Part shown: positions 7,534-15,835 of the stretch, piece by piece | Numbering within the stretch: the first letter of the stretch is position 1 | Layout: each line of letters starts with the position of its first letter | Virus record (IMG/VR): IMGVR_UViG_3300014202_000217 | Coordinates: 1-31,521 of that record | Strand: one strand, 5' to 3' | From: a virus | Taxonomy: Duplodnaviria > Caudoviricetes | DNA: 31,521 nucleotides | The notes under the pieces: model-generated | What the model saw: only the letters and a program-made list of their open reading frames with translations | What the model was told of the DNA's origin: nothing | Database searches by the model: none | Translations under genes and position numbers: made by a program

Positions 7534-10454
7534 TATGAATACACCAGTCTTGCCCCAGTCATGGCAACTTCTTTGCGTAACATTTCCGCCAATTCCCTAA
7601 GCGCCGCCCTGTCACGAGGCAGGGCGCTTTCACCGTGGAAGTAAATATCCAGACGGCGACTACCGCCACTGCCCAGCATGGACACGGCATCCTCATTTTT
7701 GTGAATGCGTGTCCCTGGCGGAAACTCTGCTAGTTCAGGGCCACGCTCGCCAACTAACGCCATGCCGCCACGGGTGAAACGACCGCCCGAAGCGAAGCCG
7801 GGTGGAGTAGGCGCCCCTTGGTTCGCATTCTGTAGTTGGTTCCACAGGCTATCAAACTCATGACGTAGGTTAAGGTAACCAGAGAAGTCGCCACTGAATA
7901 GTCGCCGCCACCCATCGTTGATCAGGTTGATCATGTCTAACACTATCCGAATTTGCTTCACCAGAGAACCGATCTTCCAGGTCACATTTTCAACAGCATA
8001 GGTTATCCAGTCCATAAAGGTTGCGCCCCCGCTGCCGCCTGGACTGCCGAAGAGGGTAGTAATAAGCTTTTGGATCTCTTGCCCGATCAACGGTATCTCG
8101 GTGCGTAGGGTGTCGCCTAGCCCTACTACGGCTGCCGACATTTGCGGAAAATTTTCGACAAACCGGTTTTTTGCATCGGTCGTGAATGTCGTAATAGCAT
8201 CTATCCAGCTTCCCAACTGTGGATAATTACTGTCGATCCATATTTTCATTTTTGCGCCCATCGTGACAAGCGCCGGTCTAATCTTTTCGTCCCATAGGGT
8301 TGTAGCCCATGTGGTAAAGCCCGTCCATGTGCCACTGACCCGACTCCATAGCTCTTGCTTCTTTGCAGGGTCTGTCACCCATCCTGATAGGCTGCGCCAG
8401 GCATTGTCTAGAGGAGGCTTGATATTTTCGTTCCAAACTTTGCCCGACCAGGTAGAAAACCAGTTCCAGGCGTCACTCAGCGCACCCATTAGCCGTTGCC
8501 GTTTTACAGGATCGGTCACCCAGCTAGTCAACTCCGACCAGAATGAGGACAGATGAGGGGATACTGTGTCCCAGATGCCAACTGCCCAGCCCCACATGGC
8601 GGATGCGATATTTTTGATACCGTCCCACAGTTGTTGCCGCTTTACCGGGTCTGTGACCCAACTCACCATTTCTGTCCAGAACGTGGACAGGTAGGGTGAA
8701 ACTTTGCCCCAGATGCCAACGGCCCACTCCCATATTGCGGACGTGGCCGCTGTAATACCGTCCCACAGTTGATGCCGCTTTACCGGGTCTGTGACCCAAC
8801 TGGTGAGCAAGTTCCAGAAGGACGTAAGGTAAGGTGATACTGCATTCCATATATCAACGGCCCATTCCCACAAAGTTGATACGGTGTTGATGAACGCCTG
8901 CCCCCAATCCACACCCTTTGCCCATTCATAGACGGCAGTGGTAAGCTGTCCCAGCTTTTCAAGCACAAACGGGACAGCTTGCTCATTGATCAGTTTGCCG
9001 AAATCACCTATAGCCTTCCCAATTCGTTTTAGGACAGAATCGAATATCCCGGCGAAACCGGTAGTGTTTACTGCTGATAACTCCGAGAATAACCCCCCAA
9101 ATGCCTCTCTGAACGGTCGTACTAATAGCGTCAACGTTCTCCCTAGTGATGAGAATGCCCCGGCAAGCGTTTTTACTGTTTTTGTGACGCCTGGACCAGA
9201 TATGAGATCAAACAGATCCATTCCTCGTTTGGTTACCGATGGAATATACTCCGTCAACTTCTCAAAGAATCCCACGATCCGATCTGAGTTACCACTCACC
9301 ATACCGGTAGCCCACTGCAACATGTCACGGGCGGCAGGAATAAACTTTTCGCCGATCTTGATTGAGAGAGCGTCAACAACACCGGTGAAAATCTCATAGT
9401 CACCTGATAGGGTATCCATGCGGGTGGCTGCGGCGTCCTCTGCGCTCGTGTTGCCAATGGCCGTCTTTAGCTTATTGATCGTCTCACTGCCTGCGTTCGC
9501 CATAGCGAAAGCCGCCCGCATAGCGTCTGTACCGAAAATGGTAGAGGCATACTGGTTTTTCTGCTCATCGCTTAGCCCAGCAAATGCCAATTGCAGGGTA
9601 CCTGCAACTTCGGACATACTTTTCATGTTACCGGTTGCGTCAAAGAACTGATTCTTTCCGTCAGCGGTGATAATGCCCAGTTCTTTCATCGCCTTGATAG
9701 CCGGCTTCGTGCTTGGTGTCAGACGTTGCAGGAATGTCTTAAAGCTCGTGCCTGCGTCAGATCCACCAGCGAACAATGGGCTGATAGCTGCGATGGTGGC
9801 GTTGAAATCCTCAAAGCTCACCCCCACAGAAGACGCCACACCACCCGCTTGGGCAAGGGCAAGGCGATAGTCGTTAATATCGAATTTACTATTCTGTGTT
9901 GCCCCTGTGATGCCGTTAACGGCTTTCATCATGTCAGCCGCCGCAATATTGAATTGCTGCATTACGTCCGTAGCAATGTCGGCTGCTGTGCCAAAATCGG
10001 CTTTCGTGCTATTCGCCAGTAGGATGGTGGCTCGTGCCGTTCCGCCGAAAATATCAGTCAGGCTCTGCCCATTCTTGCCCAGCATATCGATAGCGGCGGC
10101 GGCCTCCCAAGCCGTCACTTTGAGTTTTGGGTCAATCCCCAGGTCATTGACCAACTTTGCAACCTTGGCTGTCTCATCGGCTGACAGTTGCATGTTAGCC
10201 GCAATGTCAGCAACGGACTGTTGCGCCGATGCGGCCTTGCTTGTGAAGCCGACAATACCAGCCCCAGCCGCCGCAAGACCGGCTACTGCTGCTGTCCCAG
10301 CTACAGCTAGTCCAGTGCCCAACATGCCGACAAAGCCGCCAAGCTTGCCACCAGCGGAATGCAGCATGTTGTCAACGGTGCCCATGCCCCGCTGAAAACC
10401 GCTAATATCTGCGCCCATTGTGGCGTATAGTGAAGCGACTTGCGTACCGATCAT
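7533..10454 (-). CDS. Tape measure protein (TP901-family core)
   Basis: Ala/Gly-rich helical protein; GSDAGTSFKTFL..L, ELGI...DATGNMKSM, IFGTDAMRAA core; Trp repeats; C-terminal FASGG...ALVGERGPEL motif; follows the tail chaperone. Confidence 0.95.
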   Translation of the reverse strand: MIGTQVASLYATMGADISGFQRGMGTVDNMLHSAGGKLGGFVGMLGTGLAVAGTAAVAGLAAAGAGIVGFTSKAASAQQSVADIAANMQLSADETAKVAKLVNDLGIDPKLKVTAWEAAAAIDMLGKNGQSLTDIFGGTARATILLANSTKADFGTAADIATDVMQQFNIAAADMMKAVNGITGATQNSKFDINDYRLALAQAGGVASSVGVSFEDFNATIAAISPLFAGGSDAGTSFKTFLQRLTPSTKPAIKAMKELGIITADGKNQFFDATGNMKSMSEVAGTLQLAFAGLSDEQKNQYASTIFGTDAMRAAFAMANAGSETINKLKTAIGNTSAEDAAATRMDTLSGDYEIFTGVVDALSIKIGEKFIPAARDMLQWATGMVSGNSDRIVGFFEKLTEYIPSVTKRGMDLFDLISGPGVTKTVKTLAGAFSSLGRTLTLLVRPFREAFGGLFSELSAVNTTGFAGIFDSVLKRIGKAIGDFGKLINEQAVPFVLEKLGQLTTAVYEWAKGVDWGQAFINTVSTLWEWAVDIWNAVSPYLTSFWNLLTSWVTDPVKRHQLWDGITAATSAIWEWAVGIWGKVSPYLSTFWTEMVSWVTDPVKRQQLWDGIKNIASAMWGWAVGIWDTVSPHLSSFWSELTSWVTDPVKRQRLMGALSDAWNWFSTWSGKVWNENIKPPLDNAWRSLSGWVTDPAKKQELWSRVSGTWTGFTTWATTLWDEKIRPALVTMGAKMKIWIDSNYPQLGSWIDAITTFTTDAKNRFVENFPQMSAAVVGLGDTLRTEIPLIGQEIQKLITTLFGSPGGSGGATFMDWITYAVENVTWKIGSLVKQIRIVLDMINLINDGWRRLFSGDFSGYLNLRHEFDSLWNQLQNANQGAPTPPGFASGGRFTRGGMALVGERGPELAEFPPGTRIHKNEDAVSMLGSGGSRRLDIYFHGESALPRDRAALRELAEMLRKEVAMTGARLVYS
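8330..8880 (-). repeat. Four tandem 46-47-aa Trp-rich repeats in tape measure
   Basis: WVTDP[VA]K[RK] recurs at DNA spacings of 138, 138 and 141 bp (8791, 8653, 8515, 8374). Confidence 0.85.
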
Positions 10455-10458
10455 GCCT

Positions 10459-10704
10459 TTACCTCATACCTGATCCTGGTCTAATGCCCATTGTCGGGCT
10501 ACTCTGCTGATGTAGGCGTGCTGTAGCCAGGCGATACCGTTTCCAGAGATATTCTTCCATCGCTGAAAGCGGCTTCTTTTCGCCCGCCAACAACTCACAC
10601 ACCGTGCAACCTAACTGCTCTGCTGTCTGAAACAGCGAAAAATTACGGGTTGGCGCTAACTCTGCGTTACCTGGTTTAGCTTTAGCTAGGAACCATTCCC
10701 AACT
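10459..10704 (-). CDS. Frameshifted tail chaperone extension (gpT analogue, reached by -1 ribosomal frameshift)
   Basis: GTC GAA AAA AAA GTT slippery site at 10704-10711; the -1 frame reads SWEWFLAKAKPGNAELAPTRNFSLFQTAEQLGCTVCELLAGEKKPLSAMEEYLWKRYRLATARLHQQSSPTMGIRPGSGMR* and fills the gap to the tape measure gene. Confidence 0.85.
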   Translation of the reverse strand, partial: SWEWFLAKAKPGNAELAPTRNFSLFQTAEQLGCTVCELLAGEKKPLSAMEEYLWKRYRLATARLHQQSSPTMGIRPGSGMR

Positions 10705-11012
10705 TTTTTTTCGACATCATCGGACAGCCCAGACAACACGGAAATCCGTTTGCTGATCGCCGCCACGGTGCCGGGATGCGAATGCTGTAAGCGCTCGGCT
10801 TGCTCAGGCGATAGCACAGGTTTCACAATCCCGGCTTGTGCCATCAGCAAACCCATCTTCATGGGATCGTTCTCCCCCTCTTGCTCGATACGCCGAACGT
10901 CCATCACGGACAGGGATTTGATCTGGATAGTACCCAGATTGGGAATCTCAAAATCTTCGCTTGTTCCTGCAATGCCGGTGATAAAAACATCTGCGCTTAA
11001 GTAGTTACCCAT
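10686..11012 (-). CDS. Tail assembly chaperone (gpG analogue)
   Basis: Lies between tail tube and tape measure; GTIQIKSLS motif; ends VEKKVGNGS over an A8 run. Confidence 0.85.
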   Translation of the reverse strand: MGNYLSADVFITGIAGTSEDFEIPNLGTIQIKSLSVMDVRRIEQEGENDPMKMGLLMAQAGIVKPVLSPEQAERLQHSHPGTVAAISKRISVLSGLSDDVEKKVGNGS

Positions 11013-11039
11013 TTGTGTACCTCTGTACCTTTGTTATGT

Positions 11040-11072
11040 GGGGGGTTGACATTACACGACAGCCAACCCCCC
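11040..11072 (-). other. Stem-loop after tail tube gene (mRNA stabiliser or attenuator)
   Basis: GGGGGGTTGGC-11 nt-GTCAACCCCCC on the minus strand; no U-tract. Confidence 0.55.
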
Positions 11073-11076
11073 GGAA

Positions 11077-11472
11077 TTACACGAACGTTACAGTACCGTT
11101 ATTCTGGAAACTGTACGACACATCAGCCTTGCCTGTCTGACTGATAGCAGGCCCCATGCCGGTCAAGTAGGCAGATGCGATATTGAAATACTTTGACGCA
11201 CTGACATACAGGCGAAAAGCCACAGCAGACCCGCCCAACATGGCGTTGAGCAGTGAGCCTTGAGCGCTGTCCGTATTGTCAAAGTTGCCCTGAAAAGCTC
11301 CTGTGGCGTTACGGATAGACGGGACATACTTCGCCCAGTCATTCCCAAACGCTGTAGCGTCTACGGGGCTATGAGAAATATCTAACGACCATTCGGCAAT
11401 TTCCCCAACCGTGGTTGTACCACCGGTCATGTAAACCACCGATCCAGCCGTTCCCGATAATGGAGTACCCAT
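11077..11472 (-). CDS. Major tail (tube) protein
   Basis: 131-aa beta-rich protein; EIAEWSLDIS...VDATAFGNDW..YV motif; position after the tail terminator; strong GGAGG RBS. Confidence 0.9.
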   Translation of the reverse strand: MGTPLSGTAGSVVYMTGGTTTVGEIAEWSLDISHSPVDATAFGNDWAKYVPSIRNATGAFQGNFDNTDSAQGSLLNAMLGGSAVAFRLYVSASKYFNIASAYLTGMGPAISQTGKADVSYSFQNNGTVTFV

Positions 11473-11502
11473 TTATATTTACCTCCGAAAATTAACTAAA
11501 AC

Positions 11503-11892
11503 CTATGTGCGCCACGCTTCTACACGGTAGATTCCACCAACATGCCAAAACTTTCCGGGGTCTTGGTATTCGATGGTTCTACTGCGTTCACAGCGTAGCA
11601 ACGTAAAGCCGGTCATGCTCAAAGCTGCGTTCTGAAACGTGGTATGCACAGAACCATAGGCATTCCAAGCTTCAGTGGGCCAGATCCGGTTACTGACTGC
11701 CTTGACCATGTATTCGGCATTTACCCCTGAACTGCTGAAAGTGTATTCATCCTCGCCTGACATGCGCTGTACGATGATATAAGGTGGCGTGCCCCCTTGG
11801 GGTGCCAAGGCGTAGTAGATAGGCGGGTTTGCAGCGGTGCCACCTAGCGCTGTATAGATAGCGCTACCAAATGCTGTTAAGTCGTTAGCCAT
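11503..11892 (-). CDS. Tail terminator/completion protein (DUF3168/SPP1 gp17-like)
   Basis: AIYTAL...IYY..APQ..TPPYIIV...WHVGGIYRV pattern and synteny. Confidence 0.8.
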   Translation of the reverse strand: MANDLTAFGSAIYTALGGTAANPPIYYALAPQGGTPPYIIVQRMSGEDEYTFSSSGVNAEYMVKAVSNRIWPTEAWNAYGSVHTTFQNAALSMTGFTLLRCERSRTIEYQDPGKFWHVGGIYRVEAWRT

Positions 11893-12286
11893 CGCCTAGC
11901 GCCCTCCCATAGTCTTTATGGAACTTGCTCATATTTGCACGCACTTTTGCCACAGCGGGTGAAAGATAGGGCTGTGCTGCCATCTTGCTTGTACCAAGTT
12001 CTTGCCAAACGCCATGCCCCACGGACGGCCCCACAACGACCGACGTTTTATCTTCCGGCGCCGGCAATTCAAGGTTGCCCGATTCGGCATTGACATTGGG
12101 ACGATCATTCTCGTTTGGCGTGCGCATGTAAATGCTCGCCTGAAGGGTGCCCTCATCAACGGGTGCCAACTCCTTGGCGACTTTCACCACCTCAGCGCCG
12201 ATCTTTTCTTCCACTTCCAAGATCGCCTTTGGCAAGTTGCGCATAATCAAGTCCAGTTTTCGTGTATCAACCTTCACGCTGTTCAT
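11885..12286 (-). CDS. HK97 gp10-like tail completion protein
   Basis: AKELAPVDEGTLQASI and ELGTSKMAAQPYLSPA motifs. Confidence 0.9.
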   Translation of the reverse strand: MNSVKVDTRKLDLIMRNLPKAILEVEEKIGAEVVKVAKELAPVDEGTLQASIYMRTPNENDRPNVNAESGNLELPAPEDKTSVVVGPSVGHGVWQELGTSKMAAQPYLSPAVAKVRANMSKFHKDYGRALGDG

Positions 12287-12303
12287 GTTTCAGTCCAGAA
12301 CGG

Positions 12304-12353
12304 AAATAAAAAAGGCGCTGCAACTCCGAGTTATCGGAATCACAACGCCTTTT
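12304..12353 (-). terminator. Long G-U-rich intrinsic terminator ahead of tail operon
   Basis: AAAAGGCGUUGUGAUUCCGA-UAAC-UCGGAGUUGCAGCGCCUUUU followed by UUAUUU; four G-U pairs make it minus-strand specific. Confidence 0.8.
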
Positions 12354-12406
12354 GCGTCTAGTGATATGCTTTGTCGCCTATGCGACCAATTTTGTTATAA
12401 GGTAAG

Positions 12407-12589
12407 CTAGTTTTGCCGGCTCACCTGCTGCATGAGCGCCAGGTCGAAAAAGTACTTGACGCCCTTCTTTTGTATCTCCAGTATACCACGGTTTCGATCA
12501 AAACGTACACCTGAATGTGTGCCGTCAGGCAGAAAAATCGACTCGTATTGCGCCACCGGCTTGTATACAGGAATTACTGTCCCGTCCAT
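12407..12589 (-). CDS. Small basic beta-rich protein, possible regulator (similar to 23874-24083)
   Basis: RBS GAGGTGA; RNRGILEIQKKGVKYFFDL motif. Confidence 0.65.
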   Translation of the reverse strand: MDGTVIPVYKPVAQYESIFLPDGTHSGVRFDRNRGILEIQKKGVKYFFDLALMQQVSRQN

Positions 12590-12598
12590 TGCTCACCT

Positions 12599-13684
12599 CT
12601 ACACAAAACTGCTATGTGCCGGCTCTGTCATTAGTGCGTCTAGTGCGATATTTGAAATATGCCCACGACACATCACTCTACATTTGCTGTCAACCGCACA
12701 GGAGCCGCCAGAACGTGCCCAAACGTCCGTAAAGGTATCTACGGTCAGATCACCCAACAAAGCGTCTGAATGCTCTCTCTTGTTGAGACAGCGCCACACT
12801 TTACCATTGGGCGTAATAACCGTTTGCAGTGCGGCCCAATTGCATTTTTCGTAACCATGCCCCTGCCAATCCCGATACATGCGAAAACGGTCAAGGTCAG
12901 CAACAACAAATGGATTATCACTGTAGCGCTGCAATCTCACCATTGCATGATTTAGTAAGATGTGATGCTCGGTATTCTCCACTAGTTGACTTGGTTCATT
13001 CTGATCGTAGTCAATAACCGGCCTGAACTGCACGTAGTCCACACCTTTGATGCGCCCCAGTGCAACCATATCGTCTATGTCATCTACATTGCCAGGGTGA
13101 AGCAAGAAGCCTATGCCTACGGTTGCATTCCCCTTAGCAGCCACAAGGCGATCTATCCCCTCTGATGCGGCCCAGTAACGATCTACTCCCTTGCTCGCCT
13201 TATACTTAAGCTCGTCAGACTCATCCAGGCTGACGTACACAAATGTCATGAACTCTTTGAGCAATGCGGCTCGGTCTTCGTCAATGTGCCCGCCATGCGT
13301 GTATAGTCCCTGCTGTAACCCAACCATTGCCGCATGTTCAATGATCGTGTCAAACTTCGGGTGTAGCGTCGGTTCACCCCCACCTGTCCAGGTAACCGAC
13401 TGCACACCAGCATTGGCTAATTGACGGATGATACTGTTGGCTAGGTCGAAGTCCATCAAATCGCCACCGGCTATATTGCCTGTGGGCTTGCCTCTTTTCC
13501 CTGCCAACGGTCCCTTGGTGTGAGTGTAGGCAAAGTGACACCACGAACACCCTAGCGAACATCGATTCGACAAATCTATCTCGACGTTGATCGGTGCGCT
13601 TGTTTTGCCCGACTCTTTGATCTGGTTTAGTTTGTCAAGGTGCCACAAAATCTTAGAACGTGGGCTGATGTAACTGTTGAACAA
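12599..13684 (-). CDS. Radical SAM enzyme with C-terminal SPASM/twitch-like Cys domain
   Basis: CSLGCSWC (CxxxCxxC), TGGGEPTLHP, C...ITPNGKVWRC...C..MC. Confidence 0.9.
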   Translation of the reverse strand: MFNSYISPRSKILWHLDKLNQIKESGKTSAPINVEIDLSNRCSLGCSWCHFAYTHTKGPLAGKRGKPTGNIAGGDLMDFDLANSIIRQLANAGVQSVTWTGGGEPTLHPKFDTIIEHAAMVGLQQGLYTHGGHIDEDRAALLKEFMTFVYVSLDESDELKYKASKGVDRYWAASEGIDRLVAAKGNATVGIGFLLHPGNVDDIDDMVALGRIKGVDYVQFRPVIDYDQNEPSQLVENTEHHILLNHAMVRLQRYSDNPFVVADLDRFRMYRDWQGHGYEKCNWAALQTVITPNGKVWRCLNKREHSDALLGDLTVDTFTDVWARSGGSCAVDSKCRVMCRGHISNIALDALMTEPAHSSFV

Positions 13685-13781
13685 GTGTCACCCCCAAAAT
13701 AAAAGCACCCCATCCTATATGCGCTAGAGCAATGCCCATTACAAGACTGATGGTGGCGATCCACCGCTCCTTGTAGTTCAT
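13653..13781 (-). CDS. 42-aa single-TM peptide (not in ORF track)
   Basis: ATGA overlap with the upstream stop; MNYKERWIATISLVMGIALAHIGWGAFILGVTLVQQLHQPTF*; fills the gap between the two radical SAM genes. Confidence 0.5.
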   Translation of the reverse strand: MNYKERWIATISLVMGIALAHIGWGAFILGVTLVQQLHQPTF

Positions 13782-15049
13782 GCCGCCAACCTCACTGCCA
13801 TAATGCGATCCGCTGGATACTCAGGGTAGCTCAACACTGGGTTGTAGCCATTGAACCGGCTCAAGTCCTCAGTCGTCAACCATCCGTTACTTTTCGCCTG
13901 TTGATAGAATGGCGTACCCGGCAACGGTGTAGAAGTGGATATTTGCCACTTCTGCATAAGCCCCTGCTGACGCCATCTGCGCAAGTCTGCCAACGTTTGC
14001 CGGTCTGTTGCCTCAGTGCTTCCAGGTGCGCCGATTTGAAAAGTGCCATACACGCCCACGCCATACTCTTTGCACCATTGCATAAAATTTTCGATATGCT
14101 CTACATGCAAGCGCTTCTTGATCTGTTTGCCAACCGCTTCGCTAGTGGACTCTACACCGATCCGCAATTGACGGTAACCCGCTCGTGATAGTAATTCCAC
14201 AAGCTCCTTGGTGTATGTCCATACGCCCGTCATGGCGTCATACTGGTAGCGATTTAGCCCACGACGGATCAACGTTTCAGCGAAAGACACCAACCAGTCT
14301 ACGTTGGCGTTGTGCGCCTCTTCGTTAAAATAACATCCACTGAATCTACCGGCATACCTTGTGGAGAGGTAATCAATTTCATCACAAACATTCTGTACAT
14401 CCCTACATCTATGTGACCGGTGACTTTTGCCATGACCTCCGTAATAGGTTGGGACAACGCAAAATGTGCAGGACAGTGGGCAACCTCTAGTTGGATAAAG
14501 TTGGATAGTCCCTCTTGAATAATGATTAATTTCGTCATAGTCTATCCGTGATACATCCTCATCTTCAGGCCAGGGTAGCCAGTCCAAATCCACGTATCCG
14601 CTCGGTTGTGGCTCACCTTTGATCATGGCAAGTATTTTGTGTTCGTACTCACCCACAACCGTTTGCGCCCAGCCGTCAAGCTCTGCACCGGCATACGTCG
14701 CCATTGGCCCACAGAGAATAGTTGACATTGCCGATGCGTTGACAAGCTGCTGCGCTCTGGTCATAACCCCATAGGTTAACGCTGAACACTCAGCAATGAG
14801 TAAGTCAGGGTGTAGCTTCTCAATTTCACGGGCATACTGTTCGGCTCCCCATCCTTTGATGTTGCCGTCCAGCATCGTCACTTTCGCCCCTGGTAGCTCT
14901 CGCTTCAGTAACGTAGACAGGTAGGCCAACTCATACGGATAGAAGCGAAAAGGGGCATTTGGCACGGCTGAATCCCAACGGGACGGGAATAGGATTACGT
15001 CGAATCCGTTGTCAAGCCGGCCCGGCCCATTGGCTATGACAATGTTCAC
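13778..15049 (-). CDS. Cobalamin-binding radical SAM protein (class B methyltransferase-like)
   Basis: N-terminal PYELAYL...TILCGPMAT B12-binding-like domain; TRGCPLSCTFC; IGVES, FQIGAPG and TPLPGTPFY motifs. Confidence 0.9.
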   Translation of the reverse strand: MNIVIANGPGRLDNGFDVILFPSRWDSAVPNAPFRFYPYELAYLSTLLKRELPGAKVTMLDGNIKGWGAEQYAREIEKLHPDLLIAECSALTYGVMTRAQQLVNASAMSTILCGPMATYAGAELDGWAQTVVGEYEHKILAMIKGEPQPSGYVDLDWLPWPEDEDVSRIDYDEINHYSRGTIQLYPTRGCPLSCTFCVVPTYYGGHGKSHRSHRCRDVQNVCDEIDYLSTRYAGRFSGCYFNEEAHNANVDWLVSFAETLIRRGLNRYQYDAMTGVWTYTKELVELLSRAGYRQLRIGVESTSEAVGKQIKKRLHVEHIENFMQWCKEYGVGVYGTFQIGAPGSTEATDRQTLADLRRWRQQGLMQKWQISTSTPLPGTPFYQQAKSNGWLTTEDLSRFNGYNPVLSYPEYPADRIMAVRLAA

Positions 15050-15216
15050 GATTTACCTTCCCATGCGTCCAATGCTTCTATCACGCTGATTTCGTCGGGA
15101 TGTGTATCGCTGTACTTGCCACATGTTGCCGACGACATCAGCCGGATTGCACACCAGTACACCAATCTGCGGGGCATTTTCCAGGCAAGATACTCAAAGA
15201 GCTTTTCCATGCTCAT
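15046..15216 (-). CDS. 56-aa hypothetical protein (not in ORF track)
   Basis: ATGA overlap with the GT2 stop and GTGA overlap with the next start; MSMEKLFEYLAWKMPRRLVYWCAIRLMSSATCGKYSDTHPDEISVIEALDAWEGKS*. Confidence 0.7.
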   Translation of the reverse strand: MSMEKLFEYLAWKMPRRLVYWCAIRLMSSATCGKYSDTHPDEISVIEALDAWEGKS

Positions 15217-15827
15217 TTCGCCACCCCATGCTTCTTATGAAAATATTTCACGTTATGCTCTTCGCTCTTCCAGTAGTCGGGAACGACGGTAAAGCGCTGC
15301 TTCTGGTCTAAGTGCTTGAAGGGGAGATCGGGACAGTGCGCCAGGTTGTAACCCTTTTCAAGCGCTGTTGTCGAAAAGTCCACATCCTCCCAACTCGACA
15401 CACGGTAGTTTTCGTCCCACCTGCCTATGTCTGCCCAGGCAGCGGCGGGAATACACACACACCAGCCCTCCAAGTAAGTCCACCCCTGGGTTTTCATCAG
15501 GTGCGGCCCGGCGATCCATGTCTCCGGCATTTCTTCAAGGATGTGCGAAAAAGGGCCAGTACAAAGCACATCGTTGCTCAGGACGATGTACCAGTCCGGT
15601 TCTACATCCTCGCCATATCGCGCCACCTTGTAAGCCGCATTGATAGCTGCGCTGTAGCATAGTCGTTCTGTCGGCCAAATGTAACCGGCCATAGGATACG
15701 GCTCCTTGCTGGCATTGTCGATCACCACCACACTACAGTCAGGCTCATGTAGTCGAATGGAATCGACAAGCGGCTTGGTATACTTCTCCCACCCGTCGAT
15801 CCCAATGATCAAAGCTGCAATTTTCAT
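15213..15827 (-). CDS. Glycosyltransferase family 2 (GT-A fold)
   Basis: VVVIDNAS, YSAAIN, VLSNDV, GRWDENY, WEDVDFS motifs. Confidence 0.9.
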   Translation of the reverse strand: MKIAALIIGIDGWEKYTKPLVDSIRLHEPDCSVVVIDNASKEPYPMAGYIWPTERLCYSAAINAAYKVARYGEDVEPDWYIVLSNDVLCTGPFSHILEEMPETWIAGPHLMKTQGWTYLEGWCVCIPAAAWADIGRWDENYRVSSWEDVDFSTTALEKGYNLAHCPDLPFKHLDQKQRFTVVPDYWKSEEHNVKYFHKKHGVAK

Positions 15828-15835
15828 GGCTCCCC

